Virus record (IMG/VR): IMGVR_UViG_3300046513_000343
Coordinates: 1-64,000 of that record
Reading direction: 5' to 3' (one strand)
Source of the DNA: a virus
Length of the DNA stretch: 64,000 nt
Notes under the pieces: model-generated
What the model saw: the letters and a program-made list of their open reading frames with translations, nothing else
Told to the model about the DNA's origin: nothing
Databases searched by the model: none
Made by a program: the position numbers and the translations under genes
Shown here: piece after piece, positions 1 to 12,000 of the stretch
Numbering within the stretch: the stretch's first letter is position 1
Layout: each line of letters opens with the position of its first letter

Positions 1-3000
1 CGAGGTGTCCAGCACCCGGTTCATTTCATACTGGCCAGGGAAGTTAATACTTTCGCTGGTGCCGGTTGACGGGTTCTTGAAACTGTCGGGGATTTTCACC
101 GTGACGGTGGTGCCGCTCGGCGCGTCGGTCTTGCTGGTGACGATGTCGGGCGCCAGCGTTGGGTCGTTGAACGACTTCATCAGCTGCGCGCCGGTCGTTT
201 CCAGCGTCGCCTCGACGCCATCGCGCACCGTTACCAGTTTCAGGTTGTCGTTGCCGAACAAGAACAGCATCTTGGCGATGCCGAAGCCGCCGCTGCTGCG
301 CTCGGTCTCCTTGTTGGTGCCGGCGATGGTCAGGAAAGCCTTGTTGATGATCGCCGGCGTCATGCCGGTGCCGTTGTCGGAGATCGTGATGGTGCGCGCG
401 TCGGGGTCGGTGGTGATGTTGATCTCGCCGCTGGCCAGCTGGCCGGATTCAAGCGCGCCCTTCAAGGCGTCAAAGGAATTCTGGAACAGCTCCTTGACCG
501 TGACCGGCCCCATCTGCTTCATGTCGCCGTACAGCTGCGGCCCGAGCAGGCCGGCCAGGCGCTCGACGTTGGCGCCCGGCGTGGCGCGTTCGCGCTGCTC
601 GTCGCGCGAGAACAGCGGCAAGCCACCCAGCGCCTTCTCGCGCAGGGCGTCACTGATGGCGAAGCCGAGCTGGCCGGGATACATTTTGCGCAGCTGCGCG
701 TCAATCAGGGCCTTGCGCTGCTGCACCGGCATAGCATCCAGTTCGGCCTGCGACTTGCCAGTAGCCTTTCCGGCCGCGACCAGCCGGTCATAGCTGAACT
801 GGCCATCAATCGTTACTGGTCCGACCTTGCCACCGCCGAGTTTTTTGAGCACGTCATTGACCACGTTCGGCACGATCTTGTCGTAGAACGTCTTCATGCC
901 TTCGCCACCGACGCGCAGATCGGCGCCGCTGTAGGTCTGGTCCACCGGCTCATCGAGAACCGCATTGCTTAATGGCTTGCCGTCCGGCACCACCTGCATG
1001 CCGTACGCGCGGGCCAGCTGCTGCGCCATTTGAAGTTGGTACTTTTTGCCGTCAAGCGGCATGCCATCGGCGGACTGCACGCGGTACATTTGCACGCCAG
1101 CCCGCTTGGCCGCATCCTTGGCCGCCAGGTCGGCGACGGCGCGCTGCCCCAGCTCCTGGCCAATGAAGTCGGCCAGTCCGGCAGCATCGACACCGGCGCG
1201 CTCGGTCAGACGCTGCGGGGATTCGTCGTCAACCGTGCCGAACACGCTGTAGCGGCCATCAGGGCGCAGCAGCACGCGGATTTCTTTCACGTGCTTTTCA
1301 AGACTGTAGCGCTCCACCGACTGCTTGCCATTGACGAACGCCACCTTGTCGTAGCCGTTCTGCGCCGCGTAGGCGATCATGCGCTTGACCGCCAGCGACA
1401 GCCAGGCTTCGGTCTTGCCGACAAACGGAGCGGGTGCAATGCCGTTGCCCTTGGTCGCCAGGGCGTTTTGCGCACGGGTCGCCTCAATCAGGGCGTCACT
1501 GGCGGCCTCGGCCACTTTTACCTGGGCGCTTTTCTGTTCAAGCGCCTCGTTGAGCGCTTTGTGTGCACTGGCCAGCGCCTGCTGTTCCGCACGCGGGTCG
1601 CGTTCCAGCTGGGTCAGTTTCTCGTTCCAGTATCGCACGTCGCCGGCGTATTTGGCGTGCAATGACCGCGCCGCGTCCAACGCCAGATCGGCCTCGTTGG
1701 CGGCGTCGGCCGCCGCACGCAATTCCTGCGCCGTCGCCGGTGGGCCGGCGAAACCCTTGCGCTTGCCAGACTGGCCCCAATCGGATTGCAGCTCCTCGAT
1801 GAACAACACCTTTGCCCCATCGGCGTCGGTGCGGTCGTTGAAGCGCACATGGGCGAGGACGTTGCCTACCCCCGTCCAGTGCGCCGACTGGAACTTGACC
1901 GCCTCCCGCGAAATGGACGCGCCAGCCTCGTAGGTGCCGCCAATGGTACGGGCCGCGTTGCGCGCCTCCGCCTCGGTTGCGTGCACGCCAAACGGCTCAC
2001 CATTGGCGTCCAGGGTCACGAAGTCGGCGGTGCTGATCGCCTTTTGCGGCAGCGTCAGCAGCAGCTCGCGGTAGTTTTCCCCGCCTGGCAGCTGGTATTG
2101 ACCGTACTGGCCAGGCGAAGTGGCGTCGGCCGGCAAGGTGTAGGCGTCGTTCGCGGCGCGGTCGCGCTCGGTCATCAATTCCTCCAGCGTGTCGCGGGCC
2201 TCGTCGTTTTCACGGCTGGACAGCGTATGGTCCCAGGCGCGCTGATTCGCCGCGTCGATCTGCGGCTGGTACTGGTCAAACACGCTCTTGCGCTGGGCTA
2301 TACCTGCATCGCTGGCCGGTTCCGGTTCGCCCTGCATGGTTTCGCTCACGCGCACGCCGTTCTCGGCCAGGTAGTCGAGCAGCTGCGCCTTGTCCACCTT
2401 TTTCACGCCGGCCTGCTGCTGCAGGTTCAGCCAGTCCAGCACGCCGGACCAGTGGATTTCATCCTGCTTGACGCCCTGCTGTCCAAACGAGGTGCCCATG
2501 ATCGTCTCGGCCCAATGCAGCGGCGAGGCCGATTTCGTCACCGTCTTGTCGATCTGGCGCGCCAGCGTCGAATAGAACACCGGCGCATGGTCAGGGTCGC
2601 GGGCGAACACCGGCATCGCCGGGCCTGCACGGCCGGTGGCTTTCGCGGCCAGGCTCTTGCGCGCGTCCGCCAGCAGGTGCGCCAGGTCGGTATTGCCGTA
2701 TTTGGCCAGCTTGGCGAAACCGTGCGCGCGCAGCCAGGCGCGCACCGCGCCGATGAACTCGTTGATCTTCTGGCGCAGCACGGTCTTCTTCTCGGCCAGG
2801 TGCGCCAGCAGCTCGTCCATCATGATGGCGCGGCGCTGCTCGTCGGTCAGGCTGGTGTCGGCTTGCAGGCCGGCGGCGTAGTCGTGCAGGTCGATCTGGT
2901 TGGCCGCGGCCAGCCGGTACAGGCCCGCGCCGCCGCCGATGGCTTTCAGCAGCGCATTCTGCTTGGCCAGCCACTCGCCGCCAAACAGGCTGGCGGTGGC

Positions 3001-6000
3001 GGCGTGGCCGTATAATTCGTGGAAGATCGTCCTTTCCACTTCCTCCGCCGTGCCATGGGCCTGCTGCACCACATATACGGTGTTCTCAAAAAACACGCCC
3101 TTGCCAAGGTTGAGCTGCTGACGGCGCGCCGCCGCTTGCAACACCGGCGGCAAGTCGGCCATCCCCCGCACTGGCTTGATGGTGACCGGCAGCGCGGCGC
3201 CCACGCGCCGGGCGAAAGCGGCCTGGATGCGCTCGATGACGGTGTCCAGGGCGCGGTCGCTGATCGGGTGCGGGTGTTGCGCGACGGCCCCCGCCTGGCC
3301 ATTCTTGGCACGCGCAAATAGCGGGTCCTCGGTGCGGCGCTTGCGGTCCTCGGCACGCCGTTGCAGGCGTGGTGCGGGTTCCGGTCCCGGCTCCCGGTCG
3401 CCGGTCAAGGTCAATTCCGGGGCGGCCGGGGCGCTATTGGCCGCGGCGGCCTGCGGCTTTGCCGACAGCTGGCGGATCACGTCTTCCAGGCGCGCCATCT
3501 TCTCGTCCAGCTCGGCCTGATGCGCGAACGGGACATCGCGCTTGGGCAGCAATTCAGGCAACGCTTTTTCGGCGTCGGCGATGCGCTCCTTGGCGGAACG
3601 AATGCCGCGCGTGAAGTAATCCGGGTCGGCCGTCCTTTCCAGCTCGATCAATGGCGCGGCCAGCAGCGCGGTGCTGAATTGGCCGTCCTTGCCGTCCGAC
3701 GAATTCCCAGCGGCCAGCGTGCTGCCGTCGGCGCGCTGCAAGGCCAAGGTGGCGCCGTAGAAGCTAAAGTATTGGCTGCGCCCGACCGTCAATTCGAGCG
3801 GCATGCCCAGCATGGTGCCGAGGATGACGCTCTTTTGCTCGCCCTTGGTCAGGCTGTTGGCCAGCTCGGTGGCGCGTTCGGCGGCGATGCGCTGCAGGGC
3901 GACCCGCTGCACCAGCGTCTGGCCGTCAACGCTGGCCTCGAATCTGTCGCCCAGCGCCGCGTTGACGGCGTCATGCGCGCCGTTCATCGAAGTGGCGCGC
4001 TTGGCGCCTACTTTGATGGTGAACTTGGCATCCTCGTTGCCGGCCTGCTGCGCCAACACCGAAGCGCGCACGGCGTCCATCGCCCCCTTGTAGGTTGAAT
4101 AGGCTTTGCCTTCCACCTCGACCGTGCGCTGCGCCACCGCCGCTTGCACGTCGGCCCAGGCCTTGTCCAGCGTGTCGACGTCGCGCTGGTAGCCGGCGAT
4201 GGCCGCCGGCATGGTCTTGAGGTCCCTTTCGGCGTCCTCGATCTGGCTGACCACGCCCCACATTTTGCGCGTGTATTGGCGCCGCAGCAGTTCCAGGCGG
4301 TCGATGTCGGCCATCAGCTTGACCCGCTCCAGCAGCAGCGGGTCGCCCGAGGCCAGCGCGGCCAGCTCGGCCATGGATACCGAATCGGCGTCCTCGAACT
4401 CCATCGAGAACGCGCCGTCGTAGTTGCGGATACCGTTAATGGTGCGCAACTTGGTCGCGTTCAGGTTCCACATTTTCGCGTCGATGGTGCGCTCGGTGGC
4501 ATAGGCGAGGATTTCGACTTCGAACTTGTCCATGCCGTACTTTTCCAGCAACGCATTGCCCTGCCGGATGATGCGCCCTTCGCGCTGCTCGATGTCGGAC
4601 GGCTTCCACGTCACGTCGGCATGGTGCAGCCCCACCAGCCGCTCCTGCACGTTGGTGCCGGCGCCCATGCGCTGGGTTGAGCCGATCAGCACCCGCACGC
4701 GGCCGTCGTTGACGGCATCGAACAGGGCCTGCTTCTGCTCGTCGTTGTTGGCTTCCTGCACGAAGCGGATTTCATTGGCCGGGATGCCGCGCGCGATCAG
4801 GTTGTCCTTGATCTGCTGGTAAGCGTTCCAGCCGCCGGCCAGCGCTTGACGCAGCGCGTCCATTTCATCCGGGTCGAATGCTTCCAGCTTCTCGCCGATG
4901 CGGCGCTGGGCGTCCTCGTCGTCGTCCAGCAGCGCCTGCTCCTGGGCGGCCAGCAGCGTGTCGTACTCCTTGACCCGCTTGTCGTCGCCCTTCGACTTCG
5001 GCACCGAACGGTCGAGGAACACCAGCTGCGTGCCAAGGTCCGCGTGCCACTTCTGATACAGGCGTGTCACCTCGTCGGCGATCTTTTCCAGCTTGCCGCC
5101 TGCCTCCTTGCTCGGGTTGTGCGGGTCGATCGCGCGCACATCGAGCGAGACCTTGCGCGCCCGGTCCATCAGGCGCAGGCGTTCCTTGTTGCGTTCATAC
5201 GGGTCGGTGATGCCCGGCAGGTGGTCGAAGGCGGCCATGATGTGGTCCAGCATGGCCTGCTGCGCCGCGGTCGGCTGGATCACCACCGACTGGCGGTCGC
5301 CGCCCCGCACCCGCGGGATGGGGAATTCGGCGCCCTCGTTGTCCTCGCGGTAGGCTTTCTTGATGTCGTCGTTGCTGACCGCGTCGGTGAAGCCGTAGTA
5401 CAGGTCCATCAGCGAGCGCATATTCGACCAGGTGCGCCCGAGCCGGTTGACCTCTTTCAGGCGGCCGGTCTCGTTCGGCTCCCAGGCGGCGTCGTTCGAG
5501 ACGTACTGCGCGCGCCACGCATCGAAGTGTTCCAGCCCCAGGTCGCGCAGCTCGTCGGCGGCCAGGTAGCGCATCATGGTGTACATTTCCACCGCGCTGT
5601 TGGAGATCGGCGTGCCGGTCATGAACGTGACGGCGCCCTTGGGCGACTCGCGCAGCACGCGCACCTTGTTGTACAGGTCGAAGGCCTTTTGCGAACCGGC
5701 CTTGTTGCCCATTCCCTTAACATTTGTTAAACGTGATGAATAAAACAAGTTTTTGAACTCGTGAGACTCATCTATTGTCAGATCGTCAACACCCATCTGC
5801 TCGAAGGTGAGCAACTTGTCCTTGTTTTGGCTGCCCCTGATCTTGTCCATGCGCGCGGTGATCTTGTCGCGCAGGCGTTCGGCCTCCTTGACGCCGAACG
5901 GCTTGCGCGTGCTGCCTTGCTGGCTGGGGTCTTCGTCGGCCGCCTGTTGCGCCTCGATGATGGCCGCCTCGGCTGTTTGCAGCTCCTGCTCCAGGTAGCG

Positions 6001-9000
6001 CAGCTCCGTGTCGGGGGCGATGCCGATGAAGCCGAACGACGAATGCGGCACGATGACGATGTCATAGTCGCCGGTGGCAATCTTGGCGAACAGCTTGCGG
6101 CGGCGGGACTTCTCAAAATCCTTGTTGCCGGCCGCCAGCACCTTGGCGCCGGGGTAGAGGCGGTAGGTGTCGGCGGTGAACTGTCGGACCATGTGGTTCG
6201 GCACCACGATCATCGGCTTTTTCGCCAGCCCCATGCGGCGCCGCTCCATCGCGCGCGCAATCGCCGAGTAGGTCTTGCCGGCGCCGACCGCGTGGTCGAT
6301 CAGCATGAAGCGCTCGACAATGCCGCGCCAGACGACGTTCTTCTGGTGGCGCCGCATGCTGATCACCGCATCGGGCACCTTGCCCGGCAGGATCAGGTGG
6401 GAGCCGTCATGCTGGCGCCCGACGCGGGTGTTGAATTTCTCGTTGAAGGTCTCGACCAGCAACTTGCGCCGTTCGCCGTCGGCGAACATCCAGTCGCCGA
6501 ACTCATTGTTGATGGCGCGCGCCTTGAGCAGGGCCAGCTTGGTGCGTTCCTCGTCCACCACCGTCTTGTTGTCGAAGGTGCGCATCATAATCTTGATGGC
6601 GCGGCTATTGAGTATGTCGCTGATGATGCCGGCGGCGCTGATGCCGTCCGAGCCCCATTCTTCCTCCTTGGCGTGCACTTCCGGTCCCGCCGACACGGTG
6701 AAGCTGTTGGTGGCGCGATTGAACGAGACGCGCGCGGCGCTGCCGGTGATGTGCTGCAGGAAGTCCTGATAGACCGCGGTTGGCACCCAGGTCGAGCCGA
6801 GCAGCGCGGTGACGTTTTCGGCGCCCCATTGTTCGGGCAGCACGCTTTCCAGCTCGCTGGCGTTCTTGCCCAGGCCGGCCGCGCGCGCGGCGGCCAGCTT
6901 GCGCTTGACCGCCCCGGTCAGGTAGTCGTTGCGCGTGACCCAGCCCTGCGTTTCCGGGTCGATGAACAGCAGCGGGTGCTCCGCTTGCTCGATTTCGGCG
7001 ACCGCCTCGTCCTCGCTCTTGCCCAGCAACGAGGCGATGCGCACGATATCGACGTTGCCAGATTCGGCGGTCTGGATCGCAATGGCGTCGGCCAGCGAAT
7101 CGGCCGAGGTGGGCGGCACGTACTTGACGATGACGCGCTCGGACAGGATCGCCGCTGGTTTGGCCGAAGCGGCGCGCACCGGCTCGCCGGTGGCGGCGGC
7201 CTTCTTGGCGTCGATCGCCTTGCGGTAGCCCGATTCGAGCGCCTGCACCAGCGCGCCGTCCGGCATGTTCGCTACCAGCGATGAATTGGCCGGTTCGCTA
7301 ATCAGGCCGTGCGCGGCGACGAAGGTGTGGTAGGCCTCGGCCAGCTCCTTGCGGTTGCCCTCGATCTGCTGCTCGGGCGCGTCTTCCGCTTCCAGGTTCA
7401 GCTGGTCCACCAGCGCGTCGCGCAGCGCGACCAGCTGGCGCAGGCGGGCGTATTTGGCGGCACCGAGGCGTAGCGTGGACGGCACATGCGACTCGTCGGC
7501 ATACACATGCCGCTCGTACACGTTGCGATTGGTGGGCTGGTCGCCGTTCATGATCTTGAGCGACTTGCCATCCTCTCCTTTGACCGCCTCGACTTTGTAC
7601 CATTGGCCACGGTCGTTCATCTGCAACTGCTCGGACCACGGCGAATCCGGCGTCAGGGTGCGCCGCGTCAGCTCGAACTGGCCGTTCGGCGTTTCACGCT
7701 CGGTCACCTGCTGCAAGCTGCCGTCGTTGTGCAGACGGATTGACCCCGCCTCATGCCCGGCCAGGGCGATTTGCAGCGCGTCGGCCAGGTTCGCATAGCG
7801 TTCCAGCGCGACGTCGACGGCGCTGGGCTCCTGCAGCATGACGTTTTGCGGCAGGCTGGCAATGGCGTCAGTCAGCTGCGCGGCCAGCGGGCGCGACTCG
7901 TCCGGGCGCACCGTGATGTCGTTCTTGAACTGCATCTTGCCCGAGCGTTCCAGCGTGCCCAGCACCATCTTCGGATTGGCGGCGAAATACTGGCCGGTCG
8001 GCATGGCGTCGCCGCCCAGCGGGTCCTTGACGCGCGCCACCTCGATCCATGCCGGCACCTGCGCGGCCAATTCCTGGCGCTGGCGTTCGGCCTCGGCGGT
8101 CTTGCCCTGTTTGGCCTGGTGCGCCGCAAAGGCGGCCTCCATGGCCGCTTCCTCGCTGTCGGTGTGGCGCTGCAGGAACACGATGTCGGTGACCACGCTG
8201 GTGCGGGCGTTTTCCTTGAAGGCGGTATCCGGCAGGCGGATGGCGCCCAGCAGCTTGGCGCGCTTGGCCAGCTCGATGCGGGCCGACGAGTCTTGCGCAT
8301 CCATCAGGTAGCGCGAGACCACCTGGATTTGCAGCCCGCCAGGTTTGACCGCGTCCAGCGAGGCGAGGAAGAACTGGTTGTGGATGGAAAAGCGGTTCAG
8401 TTCGGGCTTGAACTGGAAGCGCAGGTGCTGGTCGCCGAATGGCGGGTTGCCGATGGCCAGGTCGAACTGGCCATCGGGCAGCGGCACGTTCTGGAAGCCG
8501 CTGTGCAGGATCGTTTCCTGCGGGTACAGCAGGCCGGCGATGCGCGCCGTCAGGCTGTCGTACTCGACGCCGATGAAGCGCGTGCGCGCGCCCAGCGTGG
8601 CCGGCATCAGGCCGAGGAAGTTGCCGGCGCCGACCGACGATTCGAGCGCCAGACCGCCCTGGTAGCCAAGATGCGCGGCCGCCTGCCACATGCCGGCCAC
8701 CACCGTTTCGGAGGTGTAATGCGAGTCCAGCACCGAGCGCCGCGCGAGGGTGTATTCTTTTTTCGACAACAATGCTTCGAGGTCGGCGCCGCGCTGTGCC
8801 CAGCCGTCGCGGAATTTGCCCGTTTCCGGGTTGGGGAAGGAGGCGGCCAGGCCGCCCCAGCCGACATAGCGCGCCAGCAGCGCCTGTTCGGCGGGCGTGG
8901 CGCGGCGGTTATCCGCCTCGATGGCCTTGAGGGTGCGGATCGCCGCCAGGTTGTCGTTGAATTTTTCGGTCTCGCCGCCCTGGCCAAGGCGCAGGGCGGC

Positions 9001-12000
9001 GGTGATGCGGAAGTTGAGCGCCGGGATGGTCGGCGCCGGCGGGGTCAGTTCTCCGGGTTCGCCACGAACGGCCGCATCATTTTTTGATACTCCCGTTCCC
9101 TTTTCGCCAGTTCCCTTGACTCCCAATCGTCCTTTGGCTCCGGCTTGAGCAGGATGAACTTCGGCAGCACCACTTCCTCCGCCTCGTGTTCCTGATACCC
9201 CTGCATCATCAGGTCGGCGATTTCCCGCTGCGCTTTCAGCGCCGCCATCTGGATGGCCTGATTGAATTCCCCCGCCTCCTTCAGGTCCCGCGTTTTCTTC
9301 GGCAGCCATTCCTCCCAATGCTTGCGCGCCTTGATCGCCAGTGAAGTCCTGTCCATGGTCTGCCTCCTTGTTGGATGATGCTTTATTATCACCCTTTTCG
9401 GCGGCGGCGGTCATGGCGCTGACGCTGTCGTTGCTAAAATCGTTGACCGTGGCCTCACTGTCGGTGCCGCCGTGGAATTCGGCCACCGCGTTGTAGGCCG
9501 CCTTCCACTGGCGCGGGCTGATCTGGTCCACGAACGGCGCGGTCTTGTCGTTGCCGCGCATGGCGCGCGCGGCCGTGCCGATGGCCTGCTGGAACGAGCG
9601 CAAGCCTTTGCGAATCAGTAGCTCGACCACCTTCGACAGGGCCGGCAGCAAGTCGCCGGCGCTGCGCTGCGGCCCGCTCATCTTCTTGACGCCGCCGAAC
9701 ACGTCGCCCAGCACGTCGCCCAGGTCCGACAGCGCCGCTTTCAGCTCGTCATCGAGCAGCGCATCCAGGTCGACGGCCGCGGCCGGTTGGTCCTTGCCGA
9801 ACAGGTGCGCCAAATCATCGTCGCTGGCCATGGTCTGGCCCTTGGCCTTGGCGTCGGCCAGCTCGCGCTCATGCTCGGCCTGGTCGGCGGCGGCTTGCTC
9901 CACGCTGACCAGCGATTCGCCATCGGTATCCTGCGCCAGTTCCGACTTGCCGAGGCGGCGCAGCGCCACCTCGGCGTACTTGCGGCCGATCTTGTCGAGC
10001 GGGTAGAAGCGGCCCAGCTCCTTGTTGACCAGCACATAGCGCGGGATCGGCGTCTTGGAGATATTTTCGATGGCGTTGTAGCCGTCGGCGATGCGCTCGT
10101 CGATGACCTGCTTGCCGCTGATTTTGGTGGTGTCGGTGGCGCTGACCTGGAAGCGCTGCAGCTCGGCGTCGTTCTCGGCGGCGTCGTCGTCCTTTTGCTG
10201 CTGCTTTTCAGCGCGCTCGGCGTCTTCCTTGGCCTGCACGGCCCGCTCCTGCTCCGGCGTTACGCCGGCCCACGCTTTGAGCGCTTCCCAGGCGGCGCCC
10301 TGCGCGCGCGGCAGCTTCACGCCGGTCACTTCGGCGAACACCTTCTTGCTCTTGTCGTTCAGGCCGTTGGTGATCCATTTCAGGCCGAACGCATCCTTGG
10401 CCAGCAAATCGTCGGCAAAGCGCAGGTGGAAGTCCTTGACCTCGTCGGTCACGCCGTCGCGCATCAATTCGGTGGCGTAGCGCTGGGCGATGGTGGCGCG
10501 GTCAGCTGGGGCCGCCACCGCCGGCGCCTTCGCGGCCTTGGCCGGGCCGTCCTTCTTCCCTGCCGCATAGGCGGCGCGCGCATCGTCGGGATGCACGTCA
10601 ACCTTGGGCATGGCGGCGCCAGTGCGGCCGGCGTTATAGTATTTCTCGAAGTAGCTGACCAGATCGGCCGAGTCCTTGCCGTCGGCCGGGTCGATGGACA
10701 AGTGGGCACGCGCGGCCATCTTCGCCAGCGCTGCGCGCCCGCTGGCGCCATATTTTTCTTTTGCGGCCTTGGCGTCCTGCATCTTTTTCAGGCCAGGCTT
10801 GTCGTCCTTCGGTGCGTTGACATCGTCCGCGCCCTGTGACGGTTCGGCCTTGTTCGCATCCTGCGTGTCGGTGGTGGTCTTGTTGAGCTTGGCCACTTCC
10901 TTGATCAGGGCGTTGCGGGCCGCCTCGGTGTCGTAGTTTTCGTAAGTCTGCTCCATCAGCTTGCGCACGCGCTTTTCTGGCACGCCGGCTTTCAGGGCGG
11001 TGGCAATCGCGCCCGAGGCTTCCGGGTAGTCGCCGGTCAGGCGTTGCTCGGGCGTCAGGTCGGCGTAGTTGTTGGCCATGAAGAAGGCCGCGGCGAAGCC
11101 ACGCGGGGTTTCCGAACGGGCGTTCTTGGTCTCCTGGCTGCTGCCGCCGAATTTCTGGTGCATCTTGCTGCCCAGGACCGGATCGACCGGCGAGAGCGGC
11201 AGGTCGGTCTGGAAATTCCCCCACAGCATGGTCTTCTTGGTGTACGCATGGCCGAAGTTGTTCGGATTAAAACTCATGCGCGCCGGCGGCAGGCCGGTCA
11301 GGCTTTCGATGCGGCTGACCGGGTTTTCCAGCGCCCAAAATTTGGGGCGCAATTCCTCAACCAGCGACAGGGACGCCTTGACCAGTTCCTTGCTCGACTC
11401 GGTGCGCCCGTCGGCATCCTTGGCGGCGAAATGTTTAGCGCCGGCCACGGCAAAGTCGGTGCAGGGGACGGCAATGAGCATGCCGTGGATATCGCCCTCG
11501 ACGCCCATGTTCTCGGACAGGTACTCGGCGTTCAGGTCGAGTACGTCGATGCCGTTCTGAATGTCGATGGGGATCACGTTGTAGCCGGCGTCAGCCCACG
11601 GCTGACCCCACTCGCCGGTGTAATCGAACAGCGAGAGAATGATCTTCTCGCTGTTTTGCTGGCGCAGTTTGCTGTTTTCGGCCTGCTCGGTGGCGTGGTC
11701 GATCCACTTGTCCTGGTCAAGGATGGCCGATTCCAGCTCCAGCCACATCGCCTTCATTTCAGCCACCCCGCCCGCCAGCCCCTGCTTGGTGCCGACCCGG
11801 CCCGAGTCGCGCGAGACATTGTCTTCCATCTGTTCGCCGGTCATCAGGGCGCCATAGGTGAGCGGCGCGGCGTCGTAGCGGTTGGTGTAGTTGGCGGTGA
11901 TGCGGAAGTGGCGCTTGCCCTCCTTCTTGCTGCGCGCATCGCTGTCCTCCACCATGGTGATGAGCGGCTGTGCCGGGGCGTTCTCGATATCCTTGAGCGC

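Noticed and set aside
9045-9420. Giant gene as two separate genes flanking a small ORF
   Set aside because: The giant reading frame has no stop across this region when read codon by codon.
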